64,000 nucleotides of DNA from IMG/VR virus record IMGVR_UViG_3300021389_000015, positions 1 through 64,000 of that record. The stretch is one strand, 5' to 3'. This document shows positions 9,520-19,638 of the stretch, in pieces. Position numbers and translations under genes: made by a program. The notes below the pieces were generated by a model, which saw only the letters and a list, made by a program, of their open reading frames with translations, did not search any database and had not been told where the DNA came from. The DNA comes from a virus. How positions within the stretch are numbered: the stretch's first letter is position 1; each line of letters starts with the position of its first letter.

Positions 9520-10857
9520 ATGAACGGTGTATCTTACGATAAGTTAATCGAAAAATGGAATCCTGTACTTTCTGAAGAATCAGCAGGTGCAATTAAGGAC
9601 CATCACAGAAAAGCTGTTACAGCTGCAGTGCTCGAAAATCAGGAAATCGCTTTAAGAGAAGAAGGAATGATTAACGAAGCCGCACCTACAATGGCAACAG
9701 GCGCAGCCGCAAACTGGAACCCTGTATTAATCGCACTAGTCAGAAGAGCTATGCCTAACCTAATGGCATACGATATCTGTGGTGTACAACCAATGTCTGG
9801 ACCAACTGGTTTGATTTTTGCAATGAAGTCATTGTACAAAACAGCTAGAACTGGTATAAGTGTAAATGATGAAGCTTTATTTAATGAAGCTCAGTCAGGT
9901 TACTCAGGCGATTCTGCTACAACAGCACCAGCAGACGGATCAGGTTTATCTGGTCATGCAGACGGTGATGGTGATAGTTCAATTGCTGACTCAGCAGTAT
10001 CTGTACTAGCCGGTCAAGGCATGACAACAGCTAACGCTGAAGGTTTAGGTTCATCAGGCCAAGGTCCAAATACAGCCTTTGCTGAAATGGGTTTCACAAT
10101 TGAGAAATCAACTGTAACTGCAAAATCAAGAGCTCTAAAAGCTGAATACAGTTTAGAACTTGCTCAAGATCTTAAAGCCATTCATGGTTTAGATGCTGAG
10201 ACAGAATTGGCAAATATCTTGTCAACAGAAATCTTAGCTGAGATCAACAGAGAAGTTATCAGAACTGTTAACTCACAAGCTAAAATCGGAGCACTACAGG
10301 CAAATACAGCTATTAACGGTATCTTCAACGTACAGACAGATGCTGATGGTAGATGGTCAGTAGAAAAATTTAAAGGGTTAATCCTTCAAATCGAAAGAGA
10401 AGCTAACGTAATTGCAAAAGAGACACGTAGGGGTAAAGGTAACTTTATGATCTGCTCATCTGACACTGCATCTGCATTAGCAGCTTCCGGTATGTTAGAC
10501 TACACACCTGCAATGTCAACTAACTTACAGGTAGATGACACAGGTAACACATTCGCTGGTGTATTAAACGGCAGAATGAGAGTCTACATTGACCCATATT
10601 CAACAACAGATTATATAACAGTAGGTTATAAAGGCACAAATCCATATGATGCCGGTATATTCTATTGTCCATATGTACCATTAACAATGGTAAGAGCTGT
10701 TGGTGAAGAGACATTCCAGCCAAAAATTGGTTTTAAAACCAGATATGGTATGGTCTCAAATCCATTCGTAGGTAGCGCACCTGCAGACGGACTAGCAACT
10801 GCTAGAACTAACCAGTACTACAGAAGTTTCAGAGTTGACAACATTCTTGGTGCATAA
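9520..10857 (+). CDS. gp23: major capsid protein
   Basis: GVQPMSGPTGLIFAM, KSRALKAEYSLELAQDLKAIHGLDAE, FQPKIGFKTRYG. Confidence 0.98.
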   Translation: MNGVSYDKLIEKWNPVLSEESAGAIKDHHRKAVTAAVLENQEIALREEGMINEAAPTMATGAAANWNPVLIALVRRAMPNLMAYDICGVQPMSGPTGLIFAMKSLYKTARTGISVNDEALFNEAQSGYSGDSATTAPADGSGLSGHADGDGDSSIADSAVSVLAGQGMTTANAEGLGSSGQGPNTAFAEMGFTIEKSTVTAKSRALKAEYSLELAQDLKAIHGLDAETELANILSTEILAEINREVIRTVNSQAKIGALQANTAINGIFNVQTDADGRWSVEKFKGLILQIEREANVIAKETRRGKGNFMICSSDTASALAASGMLDYTPAMSTNLQVDDTGNTFAGVLNGRMRVYIDPYSTTDYITVGYKGTNPYDAGIFYCPYVPLTMVRAVGEETFQPKIGFKTRYGMVSNPFVGSAPADGLATARTNQYYRSFRVDNILGA

Positions 10858-10875
10858 GTATTAGTACTTAAAAAT

Positions 10876-10904
10876 AAAGAGAGGAGTTTCGGCTCCTCTT
10901 TTTT
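10876..10904 (+). terminator. rho-independent terminator after gp23
   Basis: AGAGGAGT-TTCG-GCTCCTCT hairpin followed by T-tract. Confidence 0.9.
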
Positions 10905-10906
10905 CG

Positions 10907-10914
10907 TATAAATA
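10907..10914 (+). promoter_or_regulatory. T4-type late promoter (gp3)
   Basis: TATAAATA. Confidence 0.75.
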
Positions 10915-10919
10915 GAATC

Positions 10920-11495
10920 ATGGCATTAACTAGTAACTTTAATTATCTACAACCAACTGGCTTTAAGTTGGTTATTGATAGAACTAACTATCCAAATCTT
11001 GAATTCTTTGTGCAAGATTTTACACACGCTGGCGTGATCATGAATACCGCAGATGTGGCATATAAGAAAGTAGCCGCAATTCCGTTTATCGGTGATAAAC
11101 TCACATATAACGAAATGCTCGCTAATATCATATTAGATGAAGACATGAAGTCTTATAGGGAAATGCATACTTGGATGAGAAGAATACTAGATCAAGATAA
11201 CATTACACCTGTAGATAGATTTAGAAATAAAACACAAACACCGCCGGCGCAATCAGATATAACATTATCAATACTTAACAGCTCTAACAATCCTATAGTA
11301 AGAATTGTTTATAGAGATTGTATACCAACTGCATTAACTGATATTCAGTTTCAATCCACAGGCGGTGGCGAATCGTTTATAAGCTTTGGAGCTTCTTTTA
11401 GATTCACATATTTTGATATACTACATAAAGATGCAACAACTGGTGGATTTGTAGATGGAGATTCTTTTTCTGTCACTGGCAATTTAACTAGTTAA
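10920..11495 (+). CDS. gp3: tail completion/tube terminator protein
   Basis: NYLQPTGF, GDKLTY, ILDEDMKSY, SDITLSILNS. Confidence 0.85.
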   Translation: MALTSNFNYLQPTGFKLVIDRTNYPNLEFFVQDFTHAGVIMNTADVAYKKVAAIPFIGDKLTYNEMLANIILDEDMKSYREMHTWMRRILDQDNITPVDRFRNKTQTPPAQSDITLSILNSSNNPIVRIVYRDCIPTALTDIQFQSTGGGESFISFGASFRFTYFDILHKDATTGGFVDGDSFSVTGNLTS

Positions 11496-11518
11496 TATAT
11501 AATACTATTGGAGAGATT

Positions 11519-11965
11519 ATGATTGATTTGAAACAGATCCACAACATGTGGGCAGAAGACTGCACTATTAATAACACACAATTAGATGAAACATCTAAGC
11601 AAACCCCAGCATTACATTCAAAATATTTACAGTATTGGTCAACCGCCAAGCTTGAACTAAAACGTGCAGAGTTTGAGCAGAAAAAAATATTAAAAGATAA
11701 GTGGTTGTACTATAATGGAAAGATGGATCAAAAAACTTTAGATGATAAAGGTTGGAATCCAGATCCTTTTGATGGATTAAAAATATTAAAAGGTGAAATG
11801 GATTACTACTATGATAGTGATCCGGAAATACAAAAGTCCGAAGAAAAAATTCAATACTGGAAAACCGTGAATGATACATTAACGGAGATAATAGATAATT
11901 TAAAATGGCGGCATCAAACTATATCGAACATAATCAAATGGAAACAATTCGAGTCAGGAAATTAA
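11519..11965 (+). CDS. uvsY: recombination mediator UvsY
   Basis: PALHSKYL, KWLYYNGK, IIKWKQF; synteny with uvsW. Confidence 0.88.
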   Translation: MIDLKQIHNMWAEDCTINNTQLDETSKQTPALHSKYLQYWSTAKLELKRAEFEQKKILKDKWLYYNGKMDQKTLDDKGWNPDPFDGLKILKGEMDYYYDSDPEIQKSEEKIQYWKTVNDTLTEIIDNLKWRHQTISNIIKWKQFESGN

Positions 11966-13413
11966 ATCATTCAACTATACACTTAAGGTGTGATAGGTCA
12001 ATTAGCACAGAATTAAGAGAGTTCTTTTCTTTCTTTGTTCCGGGTTATAGATTTATGCCTGCATACCGTAATAGAATATGGGATGGAAAAATAAGATTGT
12101 ATAATCAAACTACTGGTGAAATACCTGCAGGTTTATTTCCACAAGTATTAGCATTTGCAGAATCAAGAGAATATGAACTTGAAATAGATGATTCTGAATA
12201 TGGAAATCCTAATGAAGGAAATCCAATTAACGCAGATTTTATGATGAAGTTTGTAGAAGCATTAAAGCTTCCTTTTAAAATAAGAGACTACCAGTTTGAT
12301 GCGGTGTGTCACGGCATACAAAGAAAGAATGCCATACTGCTTTCACCAACGGGTTCTGGTAAGTCACTGATAATATACGTGTTAATGCGTTATCTCTTAT
12401 CTGCATTTGAAGATAAAGATATATTAGTAATTGTACCGACTACTTCATTAGTAGAACAAATGTACAATGATTTTAAACAGTACGGCTATAATGTAGAAAA
12501 AAATTGTCATAGAATATATTCAGGTAAAGATAAGAACACAAGTAAAAGAGTTATAATAAGTACGTGGCAATCGATATATAAATTTCCACAATCATGGTTT
12601 GAAAGATTTGGTGCGGTGTTTGGTGATGAGTGCCATGGATTTAAATCAAGATCATTGACATCAATAATGAATAAATGCATTGAAGCTGAATACCGATTTG
12701 GTACTACTGGAACGTTAGACGGTGCACAAACACATGAACTTGTTTTGCAAGGTTTGTTTGGAAAAATTCATAGAGTAACGAGCACACGACAATTACAAGA
12801 TGATGATACATTAGCTAAATTAGAAATACGTAGAATAGTATTACAACATAAAGAAGAAATAAGAAAAACATTTGGAAAGCAGACATACCAAGATGAACTA
12901 CAATACGTAGTATCTCATAAATCGAGAAATACATTTATAAGAAACTTAACACTTGATTTAAAAGGTAATACACTTGTACTTTATAACTATGTAGAAAAAC
13001 ACGGCAAACCTTTGTATACTTTAATTAAAGAAAAAGCTGAAGAAGACCGCAAGATTTTTTTTGTATCTGGAAATACAGCTGCTACCGACAGAGAAGCGAT
13101 ACGAGCTATAGTTGAAAAACAAAAAGATTCTGTTATAGTTGCATCACTCGGTACGTTTAGTACAGGTATAAATATTAGGAATCTTCATAATATAGTATTT
13201 GCATCACCATCTAAATCACAAATTAGAGTTTTGCAAAGTATTGGAAGAGGATTGAGAAAAACTGATGACGGAAAATCAACTACACTATATGATATTGTAG
13301 ATGATATAAGTTGGAAGTCACGTAAAAATTATGGAATATTACATGCAGATGAAAGACTTAGGATTTACGGTAGAGAAAAATTTACACATAAAACTTATAG
13401 AGTGGAACTATGA
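11938..13413 (+). CDS. uvsW: SF2 DNA helicase UvsW
   Basis: SPTGSGKS, GDECH, LQSIGRGLR; start at ATG 11938 preferred over 11905. Confidence 0.95.
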   Translation: METIRVRKLNHSTIHLRCDRSISTELREFFSFFVPGYRFMPAYRNRIWDGKIRLYNQTTGEIPAGLFPQVLAFAESREYELEIDDSEYGNPNEGNPINADFMMKFVEALKLPFKIRDYQFDAVCHGIQRKNAILLSPTGSGKSLIIYVLMRYLLSAFEDKDILVIVPTTSLVEQMYNDFKQYGYNVEKNCHRIYSGKDKNTSKRVIISTWQSIYKFPQSWFERFGAVFGDECHGFKSRSLTSIMNKCIEAEYRFGTTGTLDGAQTHELVLQGLFGKIHRVTSTRQLQDDDTLAKLEIRRIVLQHKEEIRKTFGKQTYQDELQYVVSHKSRNTFIRNLTLDLKGNTLVLYNYVEKHGKPLYTLIKEKAEEDRKIFFVSGNTAATDREAIRAIVEKQKDSVIVASLGTFSTGINIRNLHNIVFASPSKSQIRVLQSIGRGLRKTDDGKSTTLYDIVDDISWKSRKNYGILHADERLRIYGREKFTHKTYRVEL

Positions 13414-13901
13414 CAGACGTAAAACAATTTAAATTAACAAACAATGACGAGATAGTTTGCGAAATTGCAGCTTGGAATGATGAAGAAACTGATGAAATAG
13501 TAATTAAGAAAGCACTCAAGATTGTCAGCGTTGAGGATTACACACGTGGTATAAGATTTTTTGCTTTAAGACCATGGATATCTTTTCAAGATAATCCGGA
13601 AGAATTGCAATCTCTTAATTCAACACACATTATTGTAACGTCATCACCTACTACATCGATGTTAAAATATTATAATACTTGCTTAAAGGCAATAAAACAA
13701 GATCTTAAGAAACCCGGCGTACCTCGTAAAGGTGTTTGGGCTAATTTGGATGAAGTAAATCATGAAACTCGTGATTTAACTGATGATGAACTTGATGATT
13801 ATCTTACAAGTAAATACGGAAGCATGATTGAAGATGAATTTGACGGTGATTCCGCAAGTGGTAATGTAATAAAATTTAAACCTAAAGACACAATGCATTA
13901 G
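13410..13901 (+). CDS. hypothetical protein
   Basis: Translationally coupled to uvsW; KQFKLTNNDEIVC N-terminus. Confidence 0.7.
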   Translation: MTDVKQFKLTNNDEIVCEIAAWNDEETDEIVIKKALKIVSVEDYTRGIRFFALRPWISFQDNPEELQSLNSTHIIVTSSPTTSMLKYYNTCLKAIKQDLKKPGVPRKGVWANLDEVNHETRDLTDDELDDYLTSKYGSMIEDEFDGDSASGNVIKFKPKDTMH

Positions 13902-13934
13902 GGTATATCCCCTCTTCCTCAGATATACTATCTT

Positions 13935-13963
13935 ATTTTACCACACTTTTCAGCAAATGTACA
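13935..13963 (-). promoter_or_regulatory. sigma70-like promoter facing leftward (antisense to upstream genes)
   Basis: Reverse strand reads TGTACA-17 nt-TAAAAT with TGTGG extended -10. Confidence 0.6.
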
Positions 13964-13998
13964 CCGTTATTTTCGCTTCTTAAAAGAAAAAAAAGTAT

Positions 13999-14027
13999 TG
14001 TACATTTGCGTAATTTTAGTGTATAAT
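13999..14027 (+). promoter_or_regulatory. sigma70-like promoter for gp55 (TGTACA class)
   Basis: TGTACA-17 nt-TATAAT. Confidence 0.75.
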
Positions 14028-14052
14028 AGTACTATAGAATAAAGGATTAACT

Positions 14053-14637
14053 ATGGCACGCAGAAAAAGCATCCACTATGTCAATAACGCGCAGTTTTCA
14101 CAAGCGGTAGTTGACTATGTTGGACACCTCGACCAATGTAAAAAAGAAGAAATTTCTTTACCAAAAGTTCCAGACTACATAGCACAATGTTTCTTGAGAA
14201 TAGCAGAAGGTCTTTCTCATAAAGCAAACTTTATAAGATACACTTATAGAGAAGAAATGGTTATGGATGCAGTGGAAAATTGTTTGAAAGCTATATCAAA
14301 TTATAATCTTGAAGCAGCAACAAGAACAGGTAAACCAAATGCATTTGCATACTTTACACAAATAACTTGGTTTGCTTTCTTAAGAAGAATAACAAAAGAA
14401 AAGAAGCAACAAGAAATTAAAATAAAATATCTTACAAAATCTGGCATTGACAGTTTTATTGATACCGGTGATGAACAACAGGCAGTATCTGTTGCAACAC
14501 ACTTTGTTGATACACTACGTGATAGAATACAAAGAGTAAGAAGTACAGATGTAGAAATAAAAGAAATGGTCAAAAAAGAAAAGAAGAAGAGAAAAAGCAA
14601 AATTGCTGATTCAGATTTAAGTGAGTTTATGTTATGA
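14053..14637 (+). CDS. gp55: late-transcription sigma factor
   Basis: HYVNN, IAEGLSHKANF, NAFAYFTQI, AFLRRI. Confidence 0.95.
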   Translation: MARRKSIHYVNNAQFSQAVVDYVGHLDQCKKEEISLPKVPDYIAQCFLRIAEGLSHKANFIRYTYREEMVMDAVENCLKAISNYNLEAATRTGKPNAFAYFTQITWFAFLRRITKEKKQQEIKIKYLTKSGIDSFIDTGDEQQAVSVATHFVDTLRDRIQRVRSTDVEIKEMVKKEKKKRKSKIADSDLSEFML

Positions 14638-15692
14638 AGATAGCGGTACTTAATGATACACATACCGGCATACGAAACTCATCAGAAATATTTTTAAATA
14701 ATGCAGAAGATTTTTATAACAACGTATTCTTTCCAGAATGTGATAAACAAGGTATAACACAAATACTGCACCTTGGCGATTTTTACGATCATCGAAAGTT
14801 TGTTAACTTTAAAGCATTGAATCATAATCGTAGAGTGTTTCTTGATCAATTACGTAAACGCGGCATGACTATGGATATTATTCCTGGCAATCATGATACG
14901 TTTTATAAGAACACAAATGAACTTAATTCATTAAAAGAATGTTTAGGTCACTACATGAATGAAGTCCATATTGTTATGGAACCTACAGTAATGCAGTATG
15001 ATTCTTTAAGCATAGGTTTAGTTCCTTGGATTTGTCAAGATAATTACACACAATGTATGAACTTCATAAAAGAATGTAAAGCTGATTGGTTAGGTGCTCA
15101 TCTTGAATTAAATGGTTTTGAAATGATGAGAGGTTTAAAAAATACTCATGGCATGGATCCTAAATTGTTTTCAAGATTTGAAATGGTATTAAGTGGACAT
15201 TATCATTGTTCATCACAAAAAGATAATATCTGGTATCTTGGATCACAAATGGAATTCTTTTGGTCTGATGCACATGATCCTAAGTATTTTCATATAATTG
15301 ATACTGAAACAAGAAAAATAGAGAAGATAAGAAATAATCACACTTTATTTGAAAAAGTCCTTTACAATGACGAAGAAATAGATTATAATAGTTATAATAA
15401 AGATTTAACTAATAAATTTGTAAAAGTTGTAGTTATGAATAAAACTGATCCTTTTACATTTGATAGATTTATTGACAATATTCAGAATCAAAAAATTTAT
15501 GAATTAAAGATAGCAGAAAACTTTAATGAATTTATTGGTGCTAATGTTGATGATGATAGTATGAACTTCGAAGATACTGCAGAAATAGTCGATACCTACA
15601 TTGATGCGGTTGATACCGATTTGGATAAGAACAAAATAAAAGTTGAAATGAGACAACTAATGACTGAGGCACAAGCACTAGAGATAGCATGA
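14634..15692 (+). CDS. gp47: recombination nuclease subunit (Mre11/SbcD-like)
   Basis: DTH, LGD, GNHD, SGHYH metallophosphoesterase motifs. Confidence 0.95.
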   Translation: MKIAVLNDTHTGIRNSSEIFLNNAEDFYNNVFFPECDKQGITQILHLGDFYDHRKFVNFKALNHNRRVFLDQLRKRGMTMDIIPGNHDTFYKNTNELNSLKECLGHYMNEVHIVMEPTVMQYDSLSIGLVPWICQDNYTQCMNFIKECKADWLGAHLELNGFEMMRGLKNTHGMDPKLFSRFEMVLSGHYHCSSQKDNIWYLGSQMEFFWSDAHDPKYFHIIDTETRKIEKIRNNHTLFEKVLYNDEEIDYNSYNKDLTNKFVKVVVMNKTDPFTFDRFIDNIQNQKIYELKIAENFNEFIGANVDDDSMNFEDTAEIVDTYIDAVDTDLDKNKIKVEMRQLMTEAQALEIA

Positions 15693-17386
15693 TTATATTT
15701 AAACTTCTTCGTTATAAAAACTTTTTATCTTCTGGTAATACATTTACAGAAGTAGACTTTACAAGAACTAAATCTACTTTAGTAGTAGGTCATAATGGTG
15801 CTGGTAAATCTACAATGTTAGATGCATTGTCTTTTGGTTTATTCGGTAAGCCTCATAGAAGAATAAGTAAAGCTCAGCTCGTTAATTCAATTAATCAAAA
15901 ACAAGCATTAGTTGAAGTAGAGTTTACTATAGGCCGATCTAATTTCAAGTTAATAAGAGGCATCAAACCTAATATATTTGAAATATGGAAAGACCATAAG
16001 ATGATTAACCAATCATCACACGCTATGGAATACCAGAAGATCTTAGAACAAAACATCTTAAAGCTTAATCATAAAAGTTTTCATCAAGTTGTTGTGTTAG
16101 GTTCTTCCTCCTTCATACCTTTTATGCAACTTAATGCGGGTCATCGTAGAGATGTTATTGAAGATCTTCTGGACATTAATATTTTTTCTAAGATGAATGT
16201 TATATTAAAAGAAAAAAACAGCACCTTAAAAGATAAAGCATCAACTATAGTTAATAACATTGAGTTGTGTAAAACTAAAATAGAACAACACTCTAAATAC
16301 ATTCGTGACATTGCTGCATTGACTACAGAAAATAAAAAGAAATATGAAAAACAAATTCAAAGCGCAGATTTAAAAATACAAAAGTTACAAGAAAATAATA
16401 ACATGTTAACTAATGAGCTTGATGCCTTTGGTGATATAGACTTAACATCTTTACAGAATAAAAAGAATGATGTTATAACATATAGAGCTGAACAAAAACA
16501 AGAATTGAAAACAGTTGCAAAGCGAGGTCTGTTCTTGCAAAGTAATGATGAGTGTCCTACATGCGAACAACCTATCCAGAATAAAGATAAATTAGTATTT
16601 GATACTAAAAATCAAGCTTATCAGATCGAGTCAACTCTTAAATTAATTGAAAGTAGTTATATCGAAGTTGAAGCAGAAATGCAAAAATTGCAAGAAACTA
16701 TTGCAATAGTAAATGGAAAAACTAGTACTATTAATTCTAATAACAGAGAAATACAATCTTTAAATCAAAGCAATAACGATTTAAGATCATACCTAAATGA
16801 AGAAGTCAGTACAGACTTAAATGTTGCTAGAAAAGAACTAGAAGATATTACTAATGACAAAGAAGACTTGATAGAAGAGAAACTTAAAGTAACTGAACAA
16901 ATTAATTACAACGGCGTTATAGCAGAAATGCTTAGAGACACTGGAATTAAAACTAAAATAATAAAGCAATACTTACCAGCAATTAATAAACTTGTTAACC
17001 AACACTTGCAAGTTCTAGATTTCTTTGTTTCTTTTGACTTAGATGAGAGTTTTCAAGAAACTATAAGATCAAGATTTAGAGATGATTTTACATATGAATC
17101 TTTTAGTGAAGGTGAAAAACAAAGAATTGATTTATCGTTGTTATTTACATGGCGTCAAATAGCAAAGATGAAAAACTCGGTTTCAACTAACTTGTTAATA
17201 TTAGATGAAACCTTTGACTCATCATTAGATCATGATGGTGTTGAAAATTTATTAAAAATACTAAACACACTTGGAGAAGATACCAATACATTTATTATAT
17301 CACATAAAGGAGATATACTCGATGGAAAGTTTGATTCCAAGATTGAATTTGTAAAAGAAAGAAATTTCTCTAAAATGAAAATTTAA
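15689..17386 (+). CDS. gp46: recombination ATPase (Rad50/SbcC-like)
   Basis: GHNGAGKS, CPTC hook, FSEGEK, LILDE. Confidence 0.96.
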   Translation: MIIFKLLRYKNFLSSGNTFTEVDFTRTKSTLVVGHNGAGKSTMLDALSFGLFGKPHRRISKAQLVNSINQKQALVEVEFTIGRSNFKLIRGIKPNIFEIWKDHKMINQSSHAMEYQKILEQNILKLNHKSFHQVVVLGSSSFIPFMQLNAGHRRDVIEDLLDINIFSKMNVILKEKNSTLKDKASTIVNNIELCKTKIEQHSKYIRDIAALTTENKKKYEKQIQSADLKIQKLQENNNMLTNELDAFGDIDLTSLQNKKNDVITYRAEQKQELKTVAKRGLFLQSNDECPTCEQPIQNKDKLVFDTKNQAYQIESTLKLIESSYIEVEAEMQKLQETIAIVNGKTSTINSNNREIQSLNQSNNDLRSYLNEEVSTDLNVARKELEDITNDKEDLIEEKLKVTEQINYNGVIAEMLRDTGIKTKIIKQYLPAINKLVNQHLQVLDFFVSFDLDESFQETIRSRFRDDFTYESFSEGEKQRIDLSLLFTWRQIAKMKNSVSTNLLILDETFDSSLDHDGVENLLKILNTLGEDTNTFIISHKGDILDGKFDSKIEFVKERNFSKMKI

Positions 17387-17389
17387 ATG

Positions 17390-17418
17390 TGTACATTTAG
17401 TAAAAACTGTGGTATAAT
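17390..17418 (+). promoter_or_regulatory. sigma70-like promoter for gp45 (TGTACA class)
   Basis: TGTACA-17 nt-TATAAT with TGTGG extended -10. Confidence 0.75.
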
Positions 17419-17445
17419 TAACTATATAATCAGAAGGAGTATATT

Positions 17446-18123
17446 ATGCAATTAAGTGATTCCACCTTGGACATCCTTAGAAACTTTTCGTCAATCAATC
17501 AAAACATTTTGATTAAAGGCGGAGGTCCTATTAAAACTATCAGCGAAGCTCGCAATGTTGTGGCTAAAGCTGAAATACCAGAAACCTTTGACAAAGACTT
17601 TGGCATTTATGATTTAAACGAATTCATAGGTGTAACTGGTTTAGTCAATAACCCTAACCTAGAATTTAACAATGACTTTGTTATTATTTCAGATGAATCA
17701 GGTAGATCAAGTGTAAAGTACTTTTACTCTGCCGAAGAAACACTAACAACACCGACTAAAGATGTTGCTATGCCAGAACCTGATGTAAAGTTTACATTAG
17801 ATAATGACACTCTTAATAAACTTAAGAAAGCTGCATCAACTCTTGGCCATAAAGAAGTCTTAATAAGAGCTAATAACGGTGTGTTAAGTCTGTCAATTGT
17901 TGAAAATCAAAATGCAACATCAAATGCATATTCAATTGACATTGATGGTGAGTTTAAAGAAGATGCCGTCTTTAATTTTATTATAGATATATCTAACTTG
18001 AAAATTTTACCTGGTGATTATGATGTTGAGATTTCCTCAAAATTAATAACACAATTCACTCATAAAGAGTTAAGTGTAAAGTATTGGATTGCACTTGAAA
18101 AATCGTCAACTTACGGAGTTTAA
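17446..18123 (+). CDS. gp45: sliding clamp
   Basis: LRNFSSINQNI, FGIYDLNEF, YWIALE. Confidence 0.95.
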   Translation: MQLSDSTLDILRNFSSINQNILIKGGGPIKTISEARNVVAKAEIPETFDKDFGIYDLNEFIGVTGLVNNPNLEFNNDFVIISDESGRSSVKYFYSAEETLTTPTKDVAMPEPDVKFTLDNDTLNKLKKAASTLGHKEVLIRANNGVLSLSIVENQNATSNAYSIDIDGEFKEDAVFNFIIDISNLKILPGDYDVEISSKLITQFTHKELSVKYWIALEKSSTYGV

Positions 18124-18125
18124 TA

Positions 18126-18362
18126 ATGACAAGCAGTAACGACCAACTATTTGATCTTTCTAATAAAGCATCTAGAAGTACTATCGCTGTTATCGATGCG
18201 GTAACACAAAGAGGTGGCTTTAAAGGAGAAGAGTTATCTACTATCGGTGGATTGAGAGATCAATGCATTCAGATAGTTCAACTATGTGAAACTATTCAAC
18301 AAGAAAAAGCAATGGAAACACCAGCTGAAACACCAGCTAAAGAACCTGATGCTAAAAAGTAA
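18126..18362 (+). CDS. hypothetical protein
   Basis: ORF in replication operon; IDAVTQRGGFKGEEL. Confidence 0.7.
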   Translation: MTSSNDQLFDLSNKASRSTIAVIDAVTQRGGFKGEELSTIGGLRDQCIQIVQLCETIQQEKAMETPAETPAKEPDAKK

Positions 18363-18410
18363 TTACGCTTTATTGAATTTTATTTTTATTTGTTATGGAG
18401 AAATGCGTAA

Positions 18411-19349
18411 ATGTCTAATGAATACCTATGGGTTGAAAAGTATAGGCCACAAAAAATTGCCGATACTGTTCTACCTACTAAACTAAAAGAAACCTTTCAA
18501 AAAATAATTGATGGTGGTGAACTACCAAATATGTTATTTACCGGTACTGCCGGCTTAGGTAAAACTACTGTTGCTCGAGCACTATGTAATGAACTTAACT
18601 GTGATTACATTTTGATCAATGGTTCTGAAGAAGGCAACATTGATACACTCAGAACTAAAATAAAACAATTTGCTTCCTCGGTATCTCTATCGAGCGACTT
18701 TAAAGTTGTCATACTTGATGAAGCAGATTATTTAAATCCCCAATCAACTCAACCAGCTCTTCGTGGTTTCATTGAAGAGTTTTCTAATAATTGTAGATTT
18801 ATTCTTACTTGTAATTTCAAGAATAGAATTATTGAACCATTACATTCAAGATGTGGTGTATATGAATTCAATACTTCTAAAAAAGATCTTGCACCAATAG
18901 CTTCTAACTTCATGAAAAGATGTCAATCAATTCTTGAAGGTGAAGGTATAAGCTACACACAAATGGCTGTGGCAGATTTGATTATGAAGTTTGCACCAGA
19001 TTGGCGTAGAGTACTTAATGAATTGCAAAGATACTCTGTAAATGGAAACATAGATGCTGGTATTATCAATATTGTAAGTGATAAAAACTATGATGATCTT
19101 TTCTCTTATTTGAAAAATAAAGATTTCAAAAAGATGAGATCTTGGGTGGTCAACAATATAGATACAGATGCTAGTGCAATTTTTAGAGCCATGTACGATA
19201 AGATGGCTGAAAAGGTTGCTCCTCAATCTATCCCGCAGTTGGTTTTAATCTTAGGTGATTATCAATATAAAAATGCTTTTGTTGCTGATCACGAACTTAA
19301 TGTAGTAGCATGTTTAACGGAGGTAATGTCTGATGTACAGTTCAATTAA
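18411..19349 (+). CDS. gp44: clamp loader large subunit
   Basis: WVEKYRP, GTAGLGKTT, ILDEAD, PLHSRC. Confidence 0.96.
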   Translation: MSNEYLWVEKYRPQKIADTVLPTKLKETFQKIIDGGELPNMLFTGTAGLGKTTVARALCNELNCDYILINGSEEGNIDTLRTKIKQFASSVSLSSDFKVVILDEADYLNPQSTQPALRGFIEEFSNNCRFILTCNFKNRIIEPLHSRCGVYEFNTSKKDLAPIASNFMKRCQSILEGEGISYTQMAVADLIMKFAPDWRRVLNELQRYSVNGNIDAGIINIVSDKNYDDLFSYLKNKDFKKMRSWVVNNIDTDASAIFRAMYDKMAEKVAPQSIPQLVLILGDYQYKNAFVADHELNVVACLTEVMSDVQFN

Positions 19350-19638
19350 TTTAACCTTATACACACAAGATAATTGTGGTTATTGTCATCTTTTAAAGAA
19401 GAAACTCGCCGAATGGGACTTTAGGTATAGAGAAATAAATATAAGTTATGATCTATTTGCTAAAGATTTCATGAAAGAAAAAGGCCATAGAACAGTTCCA
19501 CAGTTGTACTGGAATAACATTCATTTAAATAAACTTCCAACAACAGAGCTTACTAAAGAACACATAGAAGCCGAGATTGATTATGATAACTACGTAGGTG
19601 GAGTAGAAAATTGGGGAACAACAAGAGCATCGCAATAG
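19333..19638 (+). CDS. glutaredoxin (NrdH/Grx-like)
   Basis: CGYC active site, RTVPQ cis-Pro motif. Confidence 0.85.
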   Translation: MYSSINLTLYTQDNCGYCHLLKKKLAEWDFRYREINISYDLFAKDFMKEKGHRTVPQLYWNNIHLNKLPTTELTKEHIEAEIDYDNYVGGVENWGTTRASQ

